From positions 62,001 to 126,000 of the forward strand of contig CT868662.1 in assembly GCA_000165425.1 (NCBI GenBank): a stretch of 64,000 bases of DNA, read 5' to 3'. Below are positions 42,999-56,177 of this stretch, one piece after another. The translations under genes were made by a program, and so were the position numbers. The notes under the pieces were generated by a model. It had not been told where the DNA came from. It ran no database searches and was given only the letters and a program-made list of their open reading frames with translations. The first letter of the stretch is position 1; every line of letters begins with the position of its first letter. The DNA comes from Paramecium tetraurelia. Lineage: Eukaryota.

Positions 42999-43791
42999 AT
43001 GAAAAACTCAATATCAAATAAGCAATCAGAGCAGCGATAACAAGGGAAGAATTCTTCAAATCTATCTGATTTAACTGTTTAAGAATCTAGTAATTATCGA
43101 ATGAGATTCACTCCTTTGGGTTCACCATCAGTCAGACATAAAGGAACAATCTTGATGAAAAGTCACGAAACGATTGTACTGAATATGTTGTCATCTACAC
43201 ATAGACAAATAGATTAGCCATTCAAAGTTTGTCAAGAATGTAATTCAGAAATTGGCACAGTTCACCAATATTGTAAATGCAGAGGAATCACATATCATGA
43301 AAAGTGCATTTAGGATACAGCCAGAAGGAATTCAAAAAAATAAAAGGAATAAGCATTTATTTGCAAAAATGAATGTGCCTATCCATTCCAAATTGAAGGA
43401 TACTATATGTATGAAATGGTGTAGAATTAGGAAAAATATCAACACTGTTGGAAAGTGGCTCATTCTTACAATAGTGATTGTCTTTCTTGTGTTACTAATC
43501 ATGGCAATTAGCATTTTCGTTTATCGAGATATTTTTAATAGTCTTCATATTATCTCAATTGTGATTGCAATCATCGCACTCTTAATTCTAATTACTGTTT
43601 TGCTGAATAAACTCAAACTTAATTATTATATATTACACTGGCATCTCAAACCCTCCTTGATCAACTAAAGACTAGAAACCACCTATAAAAAAATTGAACT
43701 ATCAGATCTCTTGCCTTTTATACTCTCTGATAGAGATTCAATTATTTATTCGCCAGAACCAAAATAAGAAGATCAAATTATCGAGTAATGA
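42999..43791 (+). CDS. RING-CH (MARCH-like) zinc finger plus two TM helices, 256 aa
   Basis: CQEC..CKC..YHEKC..CKNEC followed, after a 22-nt intron (43409-43430), by two hydrophobic helices. Confidence 0.72.
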
Positions 43792-44890
43792 TTGAATGAA
43801 TCTTACTTTTTAATTGATATCAAATATTTTTTTTTATTTATATAAAAGTCATTAATTATAACATGATTAACTTAAACTCTCTATCCAAAAAGTTACTTGT
43901 TGATTCTAAAAATAATGAGAAATTACAATTTTGACAAATATATCCTGAAATATACTTTTTTAGAATAACAAGTGGAATTTGAGTACTTTGAATATTAATG
44001 TAATAAAAATAATATAAGGAGATACTGAATAATTATTAGTTAAAATGATACATCATAAACAATATTCAATTATAATTATATAAAATCAAAAAATATAACT
44101 AGGAATAATAAGGACATTGAATAATAGATAATGAATGAAATGAGAATAAATAGAACTTTTAATGATTCAACTCATGCACTTGTGTACTGCTTCTTGATTC
44201 TGACTTTTAAAATTTTAAGCAATAACTATTTTATTCATTGAAGAAGTTGAATATCAAAAATTCATGATACATTTCAAATCCATTAAATAACCATCAATAA
44301 TAACTTTTGTTCATAAATTTTTTAAGTTCTTATTTTTATCTTTGAACAAAATTAACAAATTTGTATTTTCTCTAACAGTATCTTTGATATAATTGACCTT
44401 TCATAACTTAAGTATGTATTAATACTATTTATTAATTATTAGTATTAAATCAAGAACAATATATAATAATAAAAAAAAAATTTGACAAAAAGAAGTAAAA
44501 TACCTCAAATATTATTAATAATAAAATACTAAATAAATTCTATAATAATTGCATAATATTCCAAGAACAATCTTAAAAATCTGAAATACTTGATACTTCA
44601 ACTAAATTATTAATCACTCAATGCGATTTACATTTATACATATACTAAAGAATTAGAATGTAATTAATTTTGAAAAATAATTCATCTAAGTAAATATAAT
44701 CCCTTTTTATACTCTTTATAATTTTTGAAGTTTGATATTAAAAATTGAAAATTAAGATCTTAATAAACAATTATAGAATGATAGATGTTCAAATAAGGAT
44801 AATTACTGATTTTCTATTTTATAATCCAATAGATTCTAGAAAACTTATATCCATAATTTTTATTGTAGTTAACTTACTAAAAATATATAT

Positions 44891-44968
44891 AATATCAGGC
44901 ATCTAAGGAAGTATTTACACTCATGATATGTCATGGGGGTCACTGCGAAGTGAAAAGTCATCATTAAT
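44891..44968 (-). ncRNA. U14: U14 (SNORD14)-like box C/D snoRNA
   Basis: Minus strand: box C ATGATGA (44964-44958), domain A core TTCGCAGT, domain B CTTCCTTAGATG, one C, then box D CTGA (44898-44895); same order and elements as yeast and vertebrate U14. Confidence 0.88.
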
Positions 44969-45401
44969 TAATTCTTTTATTCTTTCTTTTTAATTTAAAA
45001 TTTTATACAATTAAATAAATATGGGATTGTTTTGATGAATTGTTAAATATATTTTTACACACATCCTTTCATCTTAGAATTCTAATTAAATTAATTAAAT
45101 ACTATTTTTTTCAATATCTTATATTAAAATATACCTAATTTATCATAGAATAAAGAGAAATTATTTAGGAATCAATTAACCATTATTCTTTGTATTTTTG
45201 TAGGTGATTCTACTTACTCTTGCTTTGTTAATTTTTTCATAATATCCCTTATACTTATTAGAAGAACTATAAGAAGTTTTAAGTAATCAATTACATTTAG
45301 ACTTATATTAATAAATAGACTCTTTAGTTTTTTGATGTTCAAGAATATGTATTTTGAAATTTGATAATAACAATATAATTGATTGATGTGCACTTATTAT
45401 T

Positions 45402-46390
45402 TCAATGAACATTCAAATTTGATCTTGGTGGTTATTATGGCTAGGCTTAATGTTATTAAGGAGCCTATTGATATTAAGGATATGATGGGTATTATGGGTA
45501 TGATGGAATAACTCTTGATGAAACAATTGGGGCAGCATATTATGGTGCATAGGTCAATGGGACAGTTTAAACTGGTTAAACAACACTGAGAGGTTATTAA
45601 ACAACTTATTGAACAACTGGTTGAGGAACGACTTATTAGACAACTGGTTGTTGGACAACTTATTGAACAACTGGTTGTTAGACAACTTATTGAACAACTG
45701 GTTGTTAGACAACTTATTGCTAAAGAATGATATTATTATATATACATGAACAACTTATCTTTCGACTGGATAATATTCAACTCTTTCTTAATATCTATCA
45801 ACTGGTACGTATTCTAGATATTTGTATATAGTTAATACCTGTATATTTTTCTTAGAAGACTTATGGGACATATTCGGTCTAATATTCAACTGCATAATAA
45901 TCTGTGACTTTTCTTTCTCTTGGAACGTATTAAACAACTTCTTATTCTTCATATTCCATAACAGCCTTTTAATAAGGAATATATTCGATTCTTGATTCTC
46001 CTTTAATTGTTGCCTTAAATTTTAGATTTTATTAATCTTACATGGACTGATTATTAAACAACTGGTTGAGCAATTACTGATTACTACAAAACTGGTTGAG
46101 CAACGACTGGTTGAGCAATGACTGGTTGAGCTACGACTGGAGCAACAGGTGCTACTGGAGCAACAGGTCTTGCAACACTGTATGTTAGTGGTGCAATAGG
46201 AGCAGGAGCATATTATGGAGCATATGTTGGGGCATAAGTAGGGGCATAAGCAGGGGCGTATGTTGGAGCATATTGTGGTGCATATTATGGAGCATATGTT
46301 GGAGCTGGTTAGAATTATTATGGTTAAGGGGCTTAATCTAATGATTGATATGAGAATATTACTTTATGGGACAGGTGGTCTTTGGGACAT
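45402..46390 (-). CDS. EPI: Epiplasmin (Paramecium cortical membrane-skeleton protein)
   Basis: Central domain IKGESRIEYIPY..YVPRERKVTDYYAVEYQTEYVPQV..ERVEYYPVERQVV flanked by YAP- and PVVQQ-rich arms; tiny introns. Confidence 0.9.
45601..45718 (-). repeat. Coding tandem repeat, about 4 x 30 nt (QQVVQQPVVQ-like)
   Basis: Recurring ACAACTTATTGAACAACTGGTTG units inside the epiplasmin gene. Confidence 0.8.
46200..46310 (-). repeat. Coding tandem repeat of YAP[TQA] tetrapeptides
   Basis: PTYAPQYAPQYAPTYAPAYAPTYAPTYAPQYAP in the epiplasmin N-terminal arm. Confidence 0.85.
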
Positions 46391-47354
46391 TGAAGAAAAA
46401 AGATTTTTGTTAATTTTATTTATATATCCTTAACATAAATTTTATTGCTTAAATATCATACATAAATAATTAAATAATTGTATTTAAAAACTGTCTAATA
46501 TAAAATAATATTCTAAAACTTTATAATGAAGTAAAGAGAATTCCAAACAATACTTAAACAACAACTATGCCAGTACTTTTCTATGCTGTCATATCCGTTA
46601 ATCTCAATACTAATAATTAAGCAGTAAAGTTGTAATATATATAAGTAAGAGTTACTTTTTTTATATCTATCGATTTTTGATTCAATAAATGTGCATACAC
46701 ATAATAAGCATTATTTTCCACACATATTTGACTTTTAATAAATAATATTCAATTTGATTTTATAATTAGTATTAAAACTTAAAAAAAGTATAATTTATTA
46801 TGGTTTTTTTGGAATAAAGATAATGTCTTAATCAAGATATCAATTTATAGAATCAAATATGGAAGTCCATCAGTTTCGAGATCAATTTAAATTTTACTTA
46901 CCTAATATGATGTTATAATTATATTAAGAAAAACAGATTCATTCTCCTAGATGTTCTAGATTCATAAATTTTAAATATATGTTATTTAATAAAAGCATCA
47001 AATAAATTTTATTTAATTTTAATTTAATGTTTCTTCAAAAACTTATTTTATAATTTTATCTATTATGATTTCTTAAATATATATTGCTAAAATAAAAGGA
47101 CGAGATTAAACCAAAAGAGTAATCTAGTTCCTTATCTTAATATATATAGTCCTATATTAAAAAAGATGCACAGAAAAGTAGAAATTTAGTTAGATTGAAT
47201 TAATAATTTGATCATCTGCACTTTTAGTATATCTTTGAGGTATTTGCTGTAAATATTGGATCACTATTCCTGTGTATTAGTATATTAAATAAAAATTGTT
47301 TTGCATAGTTGTGATTATTTCATTTTTAATCCAAATATTTGTCATAATAATAAA

Positions 47355-47722
47355 ATGGATAAGTTTGAGACCATATAGGGCAAACTGTTTTATACGGTTT
47401 ATTGGATGCACAAACAAAATGAGATAAGCGAAGATTAAAAAGGAAGAATTAAAGGTAGAGAATATGACTATTTTCAGATATGATAGTTTAATGGGATCCT
47501 CAAATACAAGAAATTAGTAAGGATCTGAATAGACTAAGACAGAACCTTCTCGAAATGGTGTGCTCATACTCTGATAATGCTGACTCCAAACAAACCAAAA
47601 TAACTCCTCGAAGCTAGAGTCGTCTCAATGTTAGGATAGGTCAAAGTAACTTTAAGTTGGCAAACAAATCGTATAGTTCGCTATCCTCCCCTATTGATCA
47701 TCGTAAACCATTATTAATATGA
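47355..47722 (+). CDS. Small (114 aa) uncharacterised protein
   Basis: MDKFETIQGKLFYTVYWMHKQNEISEDQKGRIK|DMIVQWDP.. with one 23-nt GT..AG intron restoring the frame to TGA. Confidence 0.7.
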
Positions 47723-48864
47723 AAACAATCAGATAATATTTCTTTCTAAATATTTATCAAATTTTAGAGCATATGGAGATCCTCATGTATTCTCTTGTTA
47801 ACCAATACGATTAAAAGAAATCATACCTTATTAATACTTATTTTATGATTTAGATACTAAAAGTATGATAATCTGGTATAGATTGTTTTATTAATTGCAA
47901 ACCTAAACGATTTGAATTGAACTGAGACCTCTGATTCGCCATTAAATAAGAGACTTCTTAACCCTTATAAGTTTATCAGATATCTCAATAAAAGAAATCA
48001 AGTTATTCATTTTATTTTTAGTAACTAGATTAAATATTTGCATTTAATTACTCTAATTAGTCTAAAAATGCTCATATTTAGTTTCTATTATTTCATAGTC
48101 CCTTAAGTTCTACATAGCACTCTTGAAGAGTTACTTTTTGTACGATTTACTGCAATGTAACTTCAAAGTATAATTAGAACATTTTCTAATCTAAAAGTAA
48201 ACTCTTGAACAATTTAACACCTCAAATATAAATATATATTTTCTACTTTAAGCTCCATAAAAGATTTAAAATTCTTTAAATAAGAGTATATTTTTTCTTT
48301 TGTAATATTTGATTATTTTATTTCATATTTCCATCATTTAATTGTTTAACAATTTAAATGTATGTTATTCTGTAAATGAACTCTAAAGAGTTTTATAGGA
48401 ATTTATAATAGGTTGAAATTAAAAAGTAAAAAGATCGATAAACAAGAATTCCATTAAATGCGAAGTTTATTATAATGATTCTATATCTACTTTCTTATAA
48501 ATTTTTGATGACTAATTTTATACTCTTATAAATCTGTATTGAATCCTTTCAAGTTATTGTTGTTTCCTTTATTTTTCCCTTAAGAAAAGGAACTAACTCT
48601 ATTGCTGTTCCTTTAGAAAGAGATAGTTTCCTTTCTTGTCATTTAGTTTGAATTTATATAGTCCTTTCATTATTTATCTAACATAATTCTACTAAATTTA
48701 AGTGAAAATTATTGAAAAAGGTTCATTAGCTGAGGGAAACTCTTTTTTAAAATACATAAGTTCTATTTCTATATTTATTGATGATGATTGTATCATTTAT
48801 TATAATTTAGGCTAAATTTTCAACTACATTAAGTGAAATAATTTTTATTGTTAATTATTAATTA

Positions 48865-50004
48865 ATGTTCAGCCTTTCACCTATTGTTCAGAAATCTTAT
48901 CAAACCAGCTCTTTTTCTTATGAATAATAGATGGATGATATGACCTGCATTGTTGACAATGGAGTATCAGGATCAATTTATCTAGGAAATATTGAATCAG
49001 CTTGTATAGAATAGTTTTTAATACATAATTTTAGCTAGCCTTGAAAATCTGCGAAGACACAGAATCAATGGTGTTCTATCAATTTGTATGAATAAGATAC
49101 CATTTGAAGTACAAACACAACTACAAAATTATCAACATATATACTTGGAGGATTGTGAATCTGAAAATATTAGCAGACATTTTGATAGCAGTAATTAATT
49201 CATTGAAAGAGCCAGAGAAGGTGGGAATGTGTTGGTTCATTGTATGGCTGGTATTTCAAGATCAGCCACTCTTGTTGCAGCATATTTAATGAAAAAAAAT
49301 AATATGAGTGCTCAAGACGCCTTAAGATTGCTAGAAAGAAAAAGATGGCAAGTCTATCCAAATAATGGATTCTTAAGACAATTGCAACAATACGAACGAG
49401 TATTACAACAAAAAACTAATAAAAGTGACATTATGGAGTTTTCACCATTAAAGGAATCTTTATTAAAAAGGTAAATATCTTAATTCAAAATTAGCAAGTA
49501 ATTTTAAACTCCAACCAAAGAAATCTCATTCATGAACAAATATGAAGATAAATAATTATATTCTTCTGGTATTAAATCAAGGCCACTTGATGATATTAAA
49601 TACGAGAGTTATAAACGCAAATCCTCAGGTGCAAATGTCTATAATAGTCCAGAGCCAACATAAAAAATGCAGTTTTCACTTACTAATCACAGACCTAATT
49701 CAGCCATTAGGACTTCTCCAGATTTGATCAGAAAGAAGAACTATTTATAAGATGCAAGTAATTGCTTTGACTTAATGTTGTAGTTCATGGAAGTAAAAAG
49801 GAGGGATTGGCTTCTCTAGCATTGGAATTGAATTCCTTGGATTGGCAGAACAGAAAATAAGATTTTGGAAATAAGTTTGCCAAACAAATGACTCAACCCT
49901 CCAGCAAAACATTTGTATCTTAGAATAAACCATTATAATTAAATTAACATTAAAGTAAACTAGATGAATTATTAAATGCCTTTAACAGAAAGCCAATACT
50001 ATGA
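48865..50004 (+). CDS. Dual-specificity protein phosphatase with C-terminal tail
   Basis: IYLGN, VLVHCMAGISRSATLVAAYLM, YPNNGFLRQL; small introns. Confidence 0.93.
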
Positions 50005-50025
50005 GTGTTATGATTTTAGTATTTA

Positions 50026-51027
50026 TCATTGTACATAATGTTCTGATTAATGTTTAATAATTCTATTTAAAAGTATTATTTTGCTAAATTTATCAGCCTC
50101 ACACAACCTTAATTAAGCATCCTTCTATTACTGTATTATCCGTTCCAACCTTCTACTCTGAATCATTTAAACAGTCTTATTTTACTCCTTCAGATCATCC
50201 CCTCTTGATATATCCTATTATGAGTGGACTGAGAAGATCTTCTAGAATTAATGTCTCGACTTCATATCATTATCATCCCTTATTTATTGCAATGCTTGAG
50301 CAGCAGTTGGTCTGAATTCTGGTACTTTATTCAACAATTTAAAAATCAGACTCTGCAATCTTCTTGAGTATTTACTGTTAATTGGTTTAGGTGACTTATT
50401 CACGATATTGTATCCCAATGAAATTATATTGCTTCCTCCAAAGGGTGGATCTCCTTGACAAACAAAATAAATGACACATCCCAATGCCCAAATGTCAATC
50501 TTATTATCATAGGGTCGATTTCGAATTAATTCAGGTGCCAAATATAAGGGAGTTCCGACTTTTGTTGTTGATAGTTATTGAGTAGAGATCAAGCTTTTAG
50601 ACTCTCCCAAATCACTAATCTTCAATATGTTGCTTTTCATTAAAATGTTATTAGGTTTTATATCTCTATGCACTATCTTTTGAGAATGTAAATACTCAAG
50701 ACCTTCTAACAATTGTATGGTCCATTGCCACACTTGGTTCTCAGCTGGAGATGGGTTTCGATAGATATAATTGTGAAGGTCATCTTCGCAATATTCCATA
50801 AAGATATTCAACTTATCCTTCCTCAATTAAGAGTTATAGTAAGACACAATATTTGGATGATTCAATGTATGCATTATCTGAGCTTCTCGATAAGCTTCGT
50901 TCTATTATTTGAGGGATAGATTCTTCAAAGAGATTTCCTTAAGCACTTATATCTGAGATCTAATTTTCACTTTGTAAATCACTCCATAACTTCCTTTTCC
51001 AATTTAATCGATAATTTCGTAATCCAT
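50026..51027 (-). CDS. NIMA-related (NEK) Ser/Thr kinase, 333 aa, intronless
   Basis: [44 protein letters not shown]. Confidence 0.92.
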
Positions 51028-51959
51028 TTTATTTATTAATTTAATAAATTCTTATAAATTTGTTGTATATTATCATTGATAACTAGAGTAACTCATCTAT
51101 TAAGATTTAAAGATAGTAACATTTTGATAATTTAAATGATACCATAAATTAGAGAATATTTGGTCGATAAAGGTATAATTAAAACTCCATTTACTTACTT
51201 AATATATTTAGCCCAATATAAAATACTATTGAATACATTAGACAAGTGTAATATGAATTAGATTTTAAGAAATTCAACATAATCACTTCTTTTTAATAGT
51301 TAATTGTAATATCTAATTCAAAAATAGAATATCCATCCGGTTAGATTATTATTAATTGTTTTGCGTGATCTTAAAAACTCAGATATTATTGTATCTTCTT
51401 AATTTCAATTTGAAATCCCTCTTTATGATTAAACAACATGAATATACAATCAACTATATGGATAAAATCTCTGATTACCGAAACTTATATATTTTAATAA
51501 ATAATTACATAGCATAGTATTATGCCCTATTTTTATTAGAGCAATATTGAAAATTAATAACTTGTAATTTCTAATTAAATAATTATTATGATCAGTTCAA
51601 ATGTGAACTAACAGAAATGGCATTTTCACATTCCATATATTAGATCCAATCGAATTTAAGCTAATCAATTAAATTTTGCCATATTGAAGTAGCTTTCATT
51701 TTAAGAAATATTTCATGAAATAAAAATAAGGAGAAATCAAATCTTGAATCTTCACTGAAGTAAACAATTCAGGTATTTAAATACATAAATTATGAAGGCC
51801 ATAAAGATAAAATTATCAACGATGAAGTGGATAGAGAAGCTTGAGTATTATTAAAGTAAACATTTTAAAATTGACTTGTCAAATTTGAAAAAAATTCATA
51901 GAATGTATGGTAAATCCCATTCAATGAATTAAAATTAATGTATATATTAATAATTAAAA

Positions 51960-53365
51960 ATGGATCGTTTAATCATCTTGTTGGCTATTCTGTTGATGGT
52001 AGGAAACAACTATGCCTTTGATATTCCTCAAGCTCTTGAGGTTCCAATAGAAGAAGAGTTTCAATTGACATAAACTTAATTCAATTTGCTTTACAGCGTG
52101 TTCGCAATTCCCAACATAGGTTTGAGCATTGGAGGAGGCATAATGATAGACAAAATGGGTGGACGTTGGGGTGTAAGACCATATTGTATATCATAGGTGT
52201 TCACATTTAGTCTTTTGTTGGGTCTATCATAAATATTTATATTTTTTGGCGGATGCTATCATAATTATAGTATGATGCTATGTGGTAGAGCAATATTTGG
52301 TATAGCAAGTGATATTTTACACATTGCAGTGTTTAAAATGGTAGCATAAAGAATGCCAAAAGATATGGGTACTGCAATGGGATTGATACTTACAGTCCCT
52401 GAATTAGCAGCAGCTCTTAATTCGTTTTTATCCCCTTATTTATTTGAAAAGACTAATTCACTGAAAATACCTTTGTTATTTGGATTATTCTTATGTTTTT
52501 TAGTATAATTTAAAATAATTTGATTAGTCCTTTTTATCAGGGTTAATGATGATTTACGTAGATATGAAATACGAGAAGGTTGAGAGTGTGAAATAAACTG
52601 AATAGATATCAGTTTTTAATTGTATTAATAGTATTCTAATAATTTAGTTAAGCTTACTAAACCCTTTGTAATAATGAGCATAATAACAACATTAATGTTA
52701 GCTTCGTATGTGCCATTTCTTGATAATGCTAATAAGTTTTACCATGAACGATTTGGATTTAGTATAATGGATGCTGGTCAAATAGTTACAGTTGGTTATG
52801 TTGTGGCAGGTAAGATAATTTGAAATATGTCGTTTCTAGCATTTACATCTCCTGTAGTAGGTAGAATTTCTGACAAGTTTACCAATTATAGACCTTTTTT
52901 TATAGTGGTGTCAACAATTATGTTTTTTATATCCCATTTGCAATTTTATTACATGCCTCTTACAATATCTCCTAACTATTATTCAGTTTTTGGGTAAAAT
53001 TTGTTTATTAAAATTATAGGTTAATTACTCTAGGCTTATCCTATTCATGTTTCTCAAGTGTTTTGATGCCTGCTTTGCAATCTACAGTTCCTGAAGATAT
53101 GTTAGGTAATTTATGAATGTGATTGAAATTAGCAACTGCTTTGGGTTTGTTGGGAATAATAGAGAATTTCTGTATGGCTGTTGTTCCGATGATATCTGGT
53201 TTTGTATATACAATTGGCGGTGGCATTGATCCTATGAAGAATGTGGATATTATATATTTGTTCTTGGCAGGTATTGGAGTTGTTCTTTCATTTCATTTAT
53301 TAATTGAAAACATCCTTTTACCAGCCAAGACACATGCGAAGTTGCCCAATGCTCTGGATATTTGA
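51960..53365 (+). CDS. Major facilitator superfamily transporter, MFSD1-like
   Basis: GNNYAFDIPQAL, FNLLYSVFAIPN, GGGIMIDKMGGR motif A, multiple TM helices, several introns. Confidence 0.88.
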
Positions 53366-53487
53366 AAACAAAATAATTTAAAAATGATTATAGTAATTCA
53401 TTGTACTACTGTTCTAAATAAATGCAATAAGTTTCTAAGCAGTCAGGTTTAAAATAAAATTCATAACTTTAAAATTAATATGGCAAA

Positions 53488-53941
53488 TCATTATTTCTTT
53501 TGATACTTCTTTGCTTTTTCCTCTTCTTTTTTCCTTTCTTCTTCATCTCTCTTTTTCTATTTCTCCCTTCTCACACGCTCTTTATAAGTATATTCTTCAT
53601 TATTTTTCCTTTACCAATCTTCAGAATGCCAAACAGGCTTAGTATAAAATGACTTTGGTTTATATGGCTTAGCTGGTTTAACTTTGACAATTTTGCCAAA
53701 CAATTCACCTTCATCATAATTATCTATAGCAGCTTCAGCATCTTCGATATCTTCGTATTCTATAAATGCAAATCCTCTGTTCTTTACTTCAATAATTATA
53801 ATAGATACATGTTTCACTATCAATGGGCAGATCTACAGATTTAATTTCGCCGAAGGTTATAAATAAGTGTTTAATTTATTCCACAGTCACATCTTCAGGG
53901 ATTCCACCAAGGTAGACGGTATTTGCTAATTCTTCTGACAT
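53488..53941 (-). CDS. Single-RRM protein resembling the RRM of cyclophilin E (PPIE/Cyp33), no PPIase domain
   Basis: VYLGGI (RNP2), FGEIKSVDLP, RGFAFIEY (RNP1), DAEAAIDN..ELFG, KPVW..EDW, then a charged tail. Confidence 0.85.
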
Positions 53942-54297
53942 AAATAATTATTTTAATTATTTAGTATTTGATTTTAATTATTATATAAAATGAATATAAC
54001 TCAAGCTTTAAATAACTACATAATTAATGATACTCTTTATTGTAGTTATAAATTGGGAAAGAATCCTAGTAGTTCATATAATTCAAAATAATGAGCAAGT
54101 TCTTATGTTTTTACTATTTACTAGACCAACTTTCGACCTACTTTCTTATATCTATACAGCATTCCCATTTGAAATGGTTCTAGCATCTCTATTCAATAGA
54201 ATATCAATATCAGAATTTATTGATTATTACCATTAAATTCAATATATAATATATTCTCTATTGGTACTTTGTTTTAAAATACTTATTTATTTTAAAA

Positions 54298-56079
54298 ATG
54301 GAAAACAATAATAACCATGTTTCCTCTATTGTAAAATCTAATACTAATACTTATCGGCGATCCCTCAAGATTTCGGTAGTACATCCAGCAGATGAAGCTC
54401 TAGTTACTGTCAATGATGAAGAAAAGTTTTTATATGAAAAAAGGTAATGGGAAATCACTAATCAAACTGTTTCCTTAGATAAAATTTAGAAGGAATAAAT
54501 GGAAAGATATAAAGGGGAATGGAACTGGGATGCTTTTATAGAGTTTTTTTTATACCATTAGGTAATCTTTTAATTTTGGAATTTAGATTTTCTTCATAAT
54601 ATTGGGACCCTTTATGGTGATATTATTTAGTATATGGCCAGGCATGACACTGATGAAGAACATGAAGTTTTATGGCAATTCAATGGCTTTTTATACATAA
54701 GCTCTCTTATGGATAGGGTCGGTTTTAGGAGGTCTGGGATATTTTTTATGGAATGAAAGTGTAATCACTCTTACAGAAATCTTATTCCTATGGTATGCAT
54801 TAACCATTCGAAGTGTTGTAATAGCAGCCAAGTATGCAACATTTAGTAAAAGCATAATAAACTTATACAAGAATGTTTTACTACCAGAAGAAGTGTTTTC
54901 ATTTGATTTGATGATGGGAGAATGGAGAGAACAATCTCCCAAGATTCTTTTTTTGGAACCTTATCGTTCTCTTCAGCGTTACTAATTTGAGATTTCTCTG
55001 TTTAAGATGGATTTTATAGTGTAGCCTCATTAGGAAACAAAGGTTGCCATTGCTAAAGTGGATATAAACTACTTCAAAGATACAGGAATCACTTTGGATG
55101 ACGAAGAATACTCTGGTTTTCAGCTATTTGGATACTTGGTAAATCATTATCAAACAAAAAATTCAGCGAATACTCATATGTACTTATGTCTCCTCGAAGC
55201 GTTTGTACTTTCTACAACTCCAATGTGGTTGAGAATAGGTGATTTGCTTGATTCAGTTGAAGCATTAGACATGTTTAGAATGGGTATAGCTGTATTAAAT
55301 ATATTAAAGTATTAAATGTTATCTCTTCATTTATTGGATTTTGGGGCAGCAACATTTTCTTTCATTAGGCCTTCTATGATTTTAATAGGAAGTTCTTTTT
55401 ACTGGAATAACTATTACTGATAATTAAGGTTAGGCCAGATTAGATTGAAAAAGTTAAATTATTGCCAACCCTAAACTTCAATAATATTACTACATGGCAA
55501 GCCTGGTCAATGATGAGAGCAATTTCATTTGATTATGGTCAAACATACAATCTCAGAACATAAGGCTTTTACTCTCTCTGTTTCTTAGGATTTATTGTAT
55601 TGATATTCCTTTCTTTATTACTCATTTTGGATTTTGCACACCTTGATCTATTTCAACTCATCTTACTAGGTGAGTTAGCCATCATGATTCTAGGCTTTAC
55701 AGCCTACTATCTCTTCTTAGGTGCTAAATTGAACACCTATTTGGATCAATGTGAAGTAGCTCTTTAAGATGTTAAGTCTATATATTAAGACCTCTTGAGA
55801 ATGAAGGAAGTCTATTTTGAGTAGAACAAAGAACCTTAAAATTACATTCACAAGAAATTCAAATAACTGTTACAAAACGAAAGCCAAGTTGAGGAAGTCA
55901 TTAAATCTATCATTCAAGAATTGGATGATAATATTAGAATCATTCAATATGATTCAAGAAACAACCCATTCAAACTTTATGGGATCAAAATCACTTTTAA
56001 CTTACTTAAAAGTGCTGCAGTTGGACTCAGCACTGTATATAGCTATTCACTTTAATAAAGATTCATGAATATCAAATGA
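54298..56079 (+). CDS. Uncharacterised multi-pass membrane protein
   Basis: Long code-6 frame with several hydrophobic helices and small introns; ends ..RFMNIK-TGA. Confidence 0.7.
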
Positions 56080-56177
56080 ATTAAGTAATTTTATTTTTAT
56101 ATTAAATTTTTCATTGATCTCAAACTAAAATATGAAGTCCTATAAATCTTTATAGATATATATATAAATTTTTCAAT

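Noticed and set aside
45601..46310. Regular repeats resembling a CRISPR array or satellite
   Set aside because: Coding repeats of epiplasmin; no unique spacers or cas genes
31153..53490. Several genes end in a Gln codon followed by TGA (TAA-TGA in four cases)
   Set aside because: Small sample and Gln is abundant; a genome-wide test is needed before claiming a bias
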